A stretch of 64,000 nt of DNA from Dudresnaya verticillata (taxonomy: Eukaryota). The position numbers and the translations under genes are program-made. Positions within the stretch are counted from its first letter, which is position 1. Each line of letters begins with the position of its first letter. Below the pieces are notes generated by a model. It made no database searches. It saw only the letters and a list, made by a program, of their open reading frames with translations, and was not told the origin of the DNA. The DNA lies in assembly GCA_977862235.1 (NCBI GenBank), contig OZ374562.1, forward strand, positions 2,170,001 to 2,234,000, in the 5' to 3' direction. Shown here piece after piece: positions 56,457-64,000 of this stretch.

Positions 56457-58418
56457 CTATACTCGGCGTTGTGGTCGAGCAGTGGTCGGAGTTGGAGTCG
56501 AGGTCGGAGTCGTAGTCGGAGTCGTGCTCGGAGTCGTGGTTGATACCCCAGATTCAATAGCACGTGTGCTCGCTCCGGCAGCACTGGCGCCACAGAATCG
56601 CTTTTTCGCCACTCTTGCTTTCCGGACACCGCCAGTTCGCATGTGGCTGGTGCTCATGGTCGGAGTCGTGCTCGTGGTCGGAGTCGTTGTCGGAGTCGAG
56701 GTCGTGGTCAGAGTCGTGGTCGGATTCGTGGTCGGAGTCTTGGTCGTGGTCGTGGTCGTGGCCGTGGTCGTAATCGTGGTCGTGATCGTGATCGTGACCG
56801 GATTCGTGGTCGTGATCGTGATCGGATTCGTAGTCGTGATGGGAGTTGTAGTCATGGTCGTGGTCGGAGTCGTGGTCGGAGTCACAGTCGTGGTCAGAGT
56901 CGTGGCCGCAGTCGCGATCGGCGTTGTGGTTGATACCCCCGATTCGATTGCACGTGTCCTCGCTCCGGCAACGCTGGCGCCGCGGAAACGCTTTCTCGCT
57001 ACTCTTGCTTTCCGGGCACCTCCCGATGGCATGTGGCAGGCACCTTTGGCGCTTCCCTTTTCGCATCTGTGAAGGATATGCTGATAGAGCGAGTGAGCGT
57101 CCGAAAACTTCATACGGCATTGTCCGCAGGTATGCTGGTCTTCCGTTTTGCGGCTCTTCTTAATGGGGCGAAGCAGGGGCCAGTCTATGAAACTGCCTGT
57201 GGAGAGGTCATGGTTGTTGGAAAAACTCCGTTTCTTGTTCATCGCAGTATCTATTGGCTTGGAGTCATGTTGTGGAGGTAGGGGACTGCGCTGGGCAGCA
57301 GTTGGGCTGTTCGAAGACGCAGCACGATTGCCATTGCATACATCGTTCGCATTGTCTTGAAAAGGTTGGGCCGTCACAGGTGATTCCATCACTGCTGCCA
57401 CCTTCGCGGTACTCGTCGGCTGCGAGTAGTCATACACCTTGAAATTAAATGGGTTCTCGGACTTCTTCATGAAAGGCTCACATATCTTGTCGTCTTCTTC
57501 AGATATTCGTATATAAGCTTCCATGAATGCGTCTATAGGTGAGGGCCTTGAAGGGAGTGAGGGGTGGGAAGGGGCAGCATCCTTCCTCCTTTTTTTGGGG
57601 TTAGCTTCCGCCGTACCATCGATTGAGTCCTGCACTTCAGCTCGATCGGACGGCAGTTTGCAGATGAGGGCGTGGTCCTCCTGAGGAATCATGAGGTTCA
57701 TGCAACCTGGATTCACGGCCCCACTAGAACGGCCGTGATCGGCTAGACCGGTTTTCGGAGTGTTGGGAGACAACGCAGATGTGATGGCATGCGTGCTCGC
57801 TCCAGCGTGGCTTATGACAGAGTGACGGCTTCTTGGCGCACTTACTTTCGGGGCGCCACTAGGTGGAACGTCGAAGACTTCAGCGGCCCCGGACAACCTC
57901 ATGGGCGCCACTCCGGTGTGATTCCAGGAAACGCTGGCACGACCCCGCGTTTCAGCCTCGTGTTGGTTCATCTGCTCGGCTGCGATGGGGTTCGGGGACA
58001 TGCTCGTGTCATCGCCTCGGTCAGCATTCTTGACCCCAGACCCGTCACTGCAGTACAATCCCACTTCGGAAGAGCCTAGCGTCACTGCGTCGGGATTCGT
58101 CTGAGGCTCCTCGAGCGCGATGTTACCCTCTCCGTCCGGATCCGGAACCGCGATGGGGCGGTCGTGCTGGAACGATTTCTTGTGCCGGCCGGTGCCGGAT
58201 TCTGGAGACGCGCCACCGTTGACGGCAGCCTTGCTGGGCCCGACCTTGCTCGGCCCGGCCTCGCTCGGCCCGGCGCGGTTAGTCTTGATCGGCGCTCCAG
58301 AGCTCGATGTTCCAGTCACATTCGCAACAGAACGGTAGTCCGAGGTGAGGGGGCCTTGGGAGGTCGGGATGCGGTACGTGTTGACGTTGGTCACAAATGA
58401 GCGATAGTACGGCTTCAT
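56457..58418 (-). CDS. Zinc-finger protein with disordered body and Thr/Pro-rich repetitive C-terminus (653 aa)
   Basis: CACCATGA start; CGQCRMKFSDAHSLYQHILHRC finger; basic PKKRRK segment; a duplicated ~38-aa basic module separated by a poly-Thr tract. The frame is open upstream to 58997. Confidence 0.75.
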   Translation of the reverse strand: MKPYYRSFVTNVNTYRIPTSQGPLTSDYRSVANVTGTSSSGAPIKTNRAGPSEAGPSKVGPSKAAVNGGASPESGTGRHKKSFQHDRPIAVPDPDGEGNIALEEPQTNPDAVTLGSSEVGLYCSDGSGVKNADRGDDTSMSPNPIAAEQMNQHEAETRGRASVSWNHTGVAPMRLSGAAEVFDVPPSGAPKVSAPRSRHSVISHAGASTHAITSALSPNTPKTGLADHGRSSGAVNPGCMNLMIPQEDHALICKLPSDRAEVQDSIDGTAEANPKKRRKDAAPSHPSLPSRPSPIDAFMEAYIRISEEDDKICEPFMKKSENPFNFKVYDYSQPTSTAKVAAVMESPVTAQPFQDNANDVCNGNRAASSNSPTAAQRSPLPPQHDSKPIDTAMNKKRSFSNNHDLSTGSFIDWPLLRPIKKSRKTEDQHTCGQCRMKFSDAHSLYQHILHRCEKGSAKGACHMPSGGARKARVARKRFRGASVAGARTRAIESGVSTTTPIATAATTLTTTVTPTTTPTTTMTTTPITTTNPITITTTNPVTITITTTITTTATTTTTTKTPTTNPTTTLTTTSTPTTTPTTSTTPTMSTSHMRTGGVRKARVAKKRFCGASAAGASTRAIESGVSTTTPSTTPTTTPTSTPTPTTARPQRRV

Positions 58419-59303
58419 GGTGCGGTATTGTCGGATGTTAGAGATCGAGACGAAGGTGCGGTAGATGGGGAGGGGGAGGGGGAGGGGGGGCAGTGATGCG
58501 GCAAAGTTGTTGGGAAGGGTTGTGGAAGGGTAGGTGCCGTTGGTGTAATGGGGGGTTTGTGAGAAGGGGCGGGCGCGACGGGCAGGGGGCTCACGCAAGT
58601 AGGATCGCGGTCGCCGGGACCAAATGACCGGCTGAGATGGTTTGCAACAGGTTCCAGAGAGGCGCGCAAAAACGAAGACAGTGGGGCTCGAAAATGGCGG
58701 CAAAGTGGGGCTGAAGGGTTTCGGTGGTCGTGGTCGTGGATGGATGTCGCGGGGAGAACGGACGCAGTGAAGTGGTGATGCGCGACCTGCCCACAGACAA
58801 CCATGGCTTTTTGGAGAGCCGTCGGATGTGGAAAAACGTTTTGTTTTGCACAGTTGATGTACGAGGTTACCGACGTCGATGGCTCGCCTCGCGTTTGCTG
58901 GTCTGTGTGGTGTGTTTGCATGTGTTTGCATGGCATGTCGAAGTAGACCTTGCCAGCTCCCTAGAGGGCTTCGAATTGGAAGGTGCAGGGCGTGCAACGG
59001 CTATAGGTATTCAATACGGGGCATGCGGTTTACTACGTCGAAGGCATAAAAGTATGCAGCGTGCGGATTGGAATCGTGTTCTCGAGTCTCTAGCACATGC
59101 GGACGACGTTGAAGAAAAGGAGAGTTAAATACAAAGCGGCGCTGAACTCATTCCGTATCCGCAGCTCAACTTCTCCGGCAAGCTCCTGCTGCAGGGCAGA
59201 GTCCGGGACTCAGTAGGGGAAAGTCAAGCGAGAAGGGTGCACGCTCAAAAAAAGAAAAAAAATAGAACAGGCACTACTTCTGTCGAGGGTCGAACTCGAG
59301 ACC
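58355..59303 (-). repeat. Left arm of inverted segmental duplication
   Basis: Reverse complement of 63052-64000 (position x pairs with 122355-x). One mismatch noticed (58434 vs 63921). Confidence 0.97.
59275..59303 (-). pseudogene. 3' fragment of tRNA-Val (T-arm and 3' acceptor strand)
   Basis: GGTCTCGAGTTCGACCCTCGACAGAAGTA only; D-arm and anticodon arm absent. Confidence 0.9.
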
Positions 59304-59871
59304 CATGGAGCTCTGTGCGCTTGGGCCCTGTGATCGCGAACAGAGCGTTGGCAGCAACCGCGGGCCCCGCAGAGCGCCAAGGAGGTAGGTCTCCACATAC
59401 ACGTGTCGCTAGGATGCTTGCTGTTTCTGGTTCGCTATCGCACCGACCGCTCGGCTCCAAGGAACAAGTCGACCGGCAGACTGTAGTGTCAACAATGGCC
59501 GCCCTTGGGAGCAGTTCAACCACCGCGCGAAGGGAGAAAGTCTCCCAAGATGGATTACCAACTCCTTCTCGCTATGCGAGCCTTCGCGTTCTTTTCCTTT
59601 CCTCTCTGTCTTTTCACAAACACAACGCCGCGCACCGCGAGTTACTCTGAAAGATACTACGCCAGCGGCTGAGAAGCTCTCTCTTCGCACCCCCTTGTCA
59701 TGTTTCCGCGACCTCGAAGGTACTTCAAGCCTTCGAGGATGGTGGCTGGTATCCATCGCAAACTCTGCGGCCATCGCTTTTCGCATGACTTGACCCCCTT
59801 GAAAGATAAGCTACTTTTATCAAAGCAGGTGAGCTGTAGTCTTTCCTCCGCGGGCAGGTCTCTATCTCTTG
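59304..59871 (+). mobile_element. Decayed 3' fragment of a CRE/NeSL-like non-LTR retrotransposon
   Basis: RPAD-like codons near 59470, AEKLSLRT matching SEKLSLLT of the 41770 copy, NSAAIAFRMT-stop, and the shared 3' tip GCTGTAGTCTTTCCT-N8-AGGTCTCTATCTCTTG. 5' boundary uncertain. Confidence 0.55.
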
Positions 59872-59926
59872 CTTGAAAGAGACGATTTATTCAAAGAGGA
59901 ACTAAATCAACATTTTCGTTTGAGGC

Positions 59927-59968
59927 TAAACTCCTTGGCTACACGGAGTTAAACTCCTTGGCTACACG
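59927..59968. repeat. Short tandem duplication (19-bp identical units, 23-bp period)
   Basis: TAAACTCCTTGGCTACACG twice. Confidence 0.9.
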
Positions 59969-60039
59969 CAATAGTCTATAGTCTGTCCACGGTGAGATAG
60001 ATCCTGAACCTAGGGCTAGTGTTACGAACTTCTATGGCA

Positions 60040-60972
60040 TCAGACCCACGAGAAGAGCCTGTCATTCCTATGGCCACAGCCCACCAAAGCGTCCATTAAG
60101 AGATCCCTCAGAAAGGAGTACTTTGGGCGCTCCATGTATCCCAGCCGCCTGACGTAGCTGTAGAACGTTTCCAGCTGTGCAGGCATTCCAGAAAAAAGTT
60201 CTCTGGTCGCCATGTTTTCTTTCATCCTTCCGATTTCCCGCTCTAAAGGCCCTTCCGTTGCTCCCACACCGTCCCATGGCAAAGCTCCACGATACAAGCA
60301 CAAGAGGCTGTACACTAAAGATTCAAGATCATCTCTTCTCGAAGGCTGGTGCCTACGATGCGCGTTGATAGAAGCATATGCAGCTGTACCAGTGAACCCC
60401 CTTGACTGTCTATCGGGGTAACATGTCTTCTCCTGTGGGCAGCGAAACCTCTTTGAAAGGCCGAAATCCACAAGGTACACCCGATGCGTATCAGTCAGGT
60501 CGAGCAGAAAGTTTTCGGGCTTTACATCGCGATGCACAAAGTCTCTGTGGTGCAGATACTCGAGTCGGGTGACAAGCTGAAGCCCAATCATTAGAACATC
60601 TTTGAGCGGCATCGCGCCATGGCGATACAATGCCCTGACCCGCTCGACCGATGGCCCAAGGCGATCCATGACGAGTACCAGGTAGTGCCGATACGAACCA
60701 TAGTAACGAGTGCGTGCGAAACCGCTTTCTGGAATGTTGGAATGTAGTGCACAGTACACGCGATACTCGTCAGGCAACGTGTACGTTTGGTCTGTCTGTC
60801 GCTCCAGCTTCACGGCCACTTCTTCATTAGTCTGCACATCCATTGCGATTCGAACCTCTCCGAACGAGCCAGCACCGAGGGGTTGTTCCTTCTTCAGACG
60901 CCAGCGGTTGTAGATCAGACACGAGACGGGCGGGGCAGCGGCATGCAAACGGGGGGTGGCTGGATGCGGCAT
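60040..60972 (-). CDS. CK1: Casein kinase 1 family kinase, copy 4 (310 aa), closest to copy 2
   Basis: GAGSFG, VAVK, HRDVKPEN, DFG, GTAAYASIN, SRRDDLES. Ends FSWV-stop. Confidence 0.93.
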   Translation of the reverse strand: MPHPATPRLHAAAPPVSCLIYNRWRLKKEQPLGAGSFGEVRIAMDVQTNEEVAVKLERQTDQTYTLPDEYRVYCALHSNIPESGFARTRYYGSYRHYLVLVMDRLGPSVERVRALYRHGAMPLKDVLMIGLQLVTRLEYLHHRDFVHRDVKPENFLLDLTDTHRVYLVDFGLSKRFRCPQEKTCYPDRQSRGFTGTAAYASINAHRRHQPSRRDDLESLVYSLLCLYRGALPWDGVGATEGPLEREIGRMKENMATRELFSGMPAQLETFYSYVRRLGYMERPKYSFLRDLLMDALVGCGHRNDRLFSWV

Positions 60973-63006
60973 GATTGTTTTTTGAGGTTGGAGGTGTTTA
61001 ACCACGCTTGGGTTCTGGAACAGCGGAAGTCGTGACGCTGGGAAGGACTGAATAAAGCCTGTGCGAGGCGGGAGAAGAGGTTGGGTGAGCTTAAATGATT
61101 GATGGATCTATGGTAGGCGGCACCCTTTGTTGCTCCAACCATGGCCGAGGTCTTCGAGGTGCAATGCACTATAGCGTCTTAGACTTCAATTTTGTCACAT
61201 GCAAGATTGACGATTGTTTGTTCGGGGAAGGCGCAAGGAAATGAACCATCGTGCAGCGATTGTGCGGAAAGAGGTTACAGGTAACCTTTCCTGGGCAGGT
61301 CGTTTGGCCCGCAAAGCAATTGTCTTCTAAGAAGCCCTACAAACTCACAAGATGGTTTCGCTGTAGTACTGTATCATGCCCTCGTTGACACCGGTGGCAT
61401 GCCGCTTGGGCTGCACAAGGGCAAAGAAGCCGCCGCTTCCTGTTGTAGATTCGCAACGAACAAAGCATTCCACCAGGGCTTCGCTGCATCGCTGAACGTT
61501 CAACGTAGCCGACCTCGTGTGCAGAATGTTTCATGCACCATCCTTGCAGCGTCCTGCTCCATGCGAGCCGTTGTTAGGCTCCGGTGGTTCTCCTGCTGTC
61601 ATTTCTACCTCACCACGCCACGTTGGCTTTCACTCTCCATTAGGGAGTGCCCTTCCACAAGTGGGCGCTTCGACAGCTTCGTTTATGAATTCTCTCATTG
61701 AGCAATTGCATGACTGCGCGATTCCATATACGCCGCTGTGCGAGAATGCTTCAAAGTGATGGGCGTAATATGCCGGGGCTGATATTTCTGGTGGTGGGCG
61801 GACCTGTCTCATCTTGAACTAGACCGCGATTCATCCCCTCTTTGTCGTATCCACTTTCCGGTTCGTGCAACCCGGACGGTGGTTGCTCGCTGAGAAAGGC
61901 GTCGGAACTGCTTCGCATTAGAATGGCACCAATCCAAACATTGTGTTGGACGAACTGCTCGGAACATTGCAAAGCTCGGATTAGTGATATTGTAATGCTT
62001 AAGAAAAACCTTTGACACAACACAGGTAAGCCAGTTTTCTTCTTGAAGCAATTGGTAAACAGTAGTGCTGGACAGTGAAACCCAATCAAGCTCTAAAGTC
62101 GCATCTGTGGCACACTAGTAAGCATTCTTCTCTTGCTTGAACCGGAACTGGGCCTCTTGCTTGGATTGTTGAGACTTTTAAGAGACCGTCCTCCACCTCA
62201 ACTGTGTAATCTCAACGTGGCCAATGCCATCAACGGTGAGATTTTGTCCCTTTCGATGTCCCTTTCAAAAGGGCGCTACACCATGAGTCTCTAGCTACAA
62301 CAAACACTGCACCCACGAATAGAAACCCCGCTTCTCCAACTGAAATTCAACCGGAAGCCGGTGTACGAGACTGTCACGGTCAGCCAACATCGCTCGGTGG
62401 TGCGACCCAAGCAAACATAGGATCCTATCCAACACCTGTTCCGTTATATCCATCATCAGAAAGTGTCGTAGCAAAGGCCAGGGTCACGAGATCACAGAAC
62501 CTAGATCGGATTCAAGTTTCACCTCTTGCTCTCACACAGGGCCTGTGACTTGCTTAATATGGAGACCCGCTCTCGCGTGGCGAGCCCGCAAGTGGGGTGT
62601 CCCAGCAGCCAGCAAGCGTCGGGTTTGTCGTTTCGATAGCAGCGAATAGCAGTCGCTGCATGTCGCCATCGCCTGGCGCTCAAGCTTCGCTCTTTGCTTG
62701 TTCACCGCACTGGCTTCATTGATGGTTTCCGTCGTATGTCTGCCGCGCGAGAAGGCGAGGCAATCAAGTGAGGAGTGCCCGGGGTATGGAGTTTGATCCC
62801 GAAGACAAAATTGAACCCGGCCGGAAAATGATGAGATCCTCTATTTTCTGGCAATAAGGGGTGCGAATGTACTTCTTTCTTTTTATTTCCGTCAGTAAGG
62901 AATTACGATGCTACGTGCGAATGTACGAAAATAGGGTGGTCCAAAAAGCTGGATCTAGTTATTAATATGAAATAATAAAGACAGAAATTACAGCAGACAG
63001 CAGAGG

Positions 63007-63080
63007 GCTTCTGTAGCTCAGTTGGTTAGAGCGCTAGCCTCACATGCTAGAGGTCTCGAGTTCGACCCTCGACAGAAGTA
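63007..63080 (+). tRNA. trnV-CAC: tRNA-Val (anticodon CAC)
   Basis: Acceptor GCTTCTG/CAGAAGT, D-arm GCTC...GAGC, anticodon stem CTAGC-CTCACAT-GCTAG, T-arm CTCGAGTTCGACCCTCGA region, discriminator A, downstream oligo-T. Confidence 0.95.
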
Positions 63081-63092
63081 GTGCCTGTTCTA

Positions 63093-63108
63093 TTTTTTTT
63101 CTTTTTTT
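63093..63108 (+). terminator. RNA polymerase III oligo-T terminator
   Basis: T8-C-T7 run 12 bp after the tRNA. Confidence 0.8.
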
Positions 63109-63936
63109 GAGCGTGCACCCTTCTCGCTTGACTTTCCCCTACTGAGTCCCGGACTCTGCCCTGCAGCAGGAGCTTGCCGGAGAAGTTGAGCTGCGGATAC
63201 GGAATGAGTTCAGCGCCGCTTTGTATTTAACTCTCCTTTTCTTCAACGTCGTCCGCATGTGCTAGAGACTCGAGAACACGATTCCAATCCGCACGCTGCA
63301 TACTTTTATGCCTTCGACGTAGTAAACCGCATGCCCCGTATTGAATACCTATAGCCGTTGCACGCCCTGCACCTTCCAATTCGAAGCCCTCTAGGGAGCT
63401 GGCAAGGTCTACTTCGACATGCCATGCAAACACATGCAAACACACCACACAGACCAGCAAACGCGAGGCGAGCCATCGACGTCGGTAACCTCGTACATCA
63501 ACTGTGCAAAACAAAACGTTTTTCCACATCCGACGGCTCTCCAAAAAGCCATGGTTGTCTGTGGGCAGGTCGCGCATCACCACTTCACTGCGTCCGTTCT
63601 CCCCGCGACATCCATCCACGACCACGACCACCGAAACCCTTCAGCCCCACTTTGCCGCCATTTTCGAGCCCCACTGTCTTCGTTTTTGCGCGCCTCTCTG
63701 GAACCTGTTGCAAACCATCTCAGCCGGTCATTTGGTCCCGGCGACCGCGATCCTACTTGCGTGAGCCCCCTGCCCGTCGCGCCCGCCCCTTCTCACAAAC
63801 CCCCCATTACACCAACGGCACCTACCCTTCCACAACCCTTCCCAACAACTTTGCCGCATCACTGCCCCCCCTCCCCCTCCCCCTCCCCATCTACCGCACC
63901 TTCGTCTCGATCTCTAACATTCGACAATACCGCACC

Positions 63937-64000
63937 ATGAAGCCGTACTATCGCTCATTTGTGACCAACGTCAACACGTACCGCATCCCGACCTCCCAAG
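63937..64000 (+). CDS. 5' start of a second copy of the zinc-finger/Thr-rich gene (partial)
   Basis: ATGAAGCCGTACTAT... encodes MKPYYRSFVTNVNTYRIPTSQ, identical to the start at 58418. Confidence 0.7.
   Translation, partial: MKPYYRSFVTNVNTYRIPTSQ

Larger units (their letters stand above)
63052..64000 (+). repeat. Right arm of inverted segmental duplication (continues beyond the window)
   Basis: Reverse complement of 58355-59303. Confidence 0.97.

Noticed and set aside
56482..57072. Plus-strand Val-rich 196-aa ORF and Arg/Gly/Ser-rich ORFs
   Set aside because: Antisense shadows of the hexamer repeat in the minus-strand gene.
58419..58997. 193-aa N-terminal extension of the 846-aa ORF and other ORFs duplicated in both arms
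   Set aside because: Non-ATG start and promoter/UTR-like composition; identity between arms reflects duplication, not coding constraint.
59918..59950. TGAGGCTA...GCTACA as the missing 5' half of the truncated tRNA
   Set aside because: Only 8- and 6-nt matches with wrong spacing; compatible with chance.
62828..62860. ATGATGA as a snoRNA C box upstream of the tRNA
   Set aside because: No matching D box or terminal stem found.

Overview
Eukaryotic nuclear DNA with long intronless ORFs. Gene and transposon types suggest a florideophyte red alga (inference, not proven). The first ~33 kb is a nested transposon graveyard: 3' ends of two copies of an LTR-retrotransposon family carrying a conserved antisense ORF, a decayed DIRS-like RT/RNase H element, a tyrosine-recombinase tail, a pogo remnant, a Ty3/gypsy gag-protease fragment, a MULE-like transposase split by a Helitron-like insert, and a Tc1/Tc3 element with a solo LTR inside it. 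It also holds a zinc-finger ORF and a bestrophin-like pseudogene. The last ~31 kb is gene-rich: two convergent paralogous bZIP genes with an atypical N-x7-N basic region and a shared Cys-rich domain I do not recognise, four tail-less casein kinase 1 paralogues, a SEL1-repeat pseudogene, a secreted PhoA-type alkaline phosphatase, a zinc-finger/Thr-rich gene and tRNA-Val(CAC). The most striking structures are (1) a near-perfect inverted segmental duplication (at least 949 bp, running off the window) whose breakpoint lies inside the tRNA gene, and (2) a 29-bp insertion of a non-LTR retroelement 3' tip with a 12-bp target-site duplication and no poly(A). All calls come from reading the sequence and motif knowledge; no searches were run.
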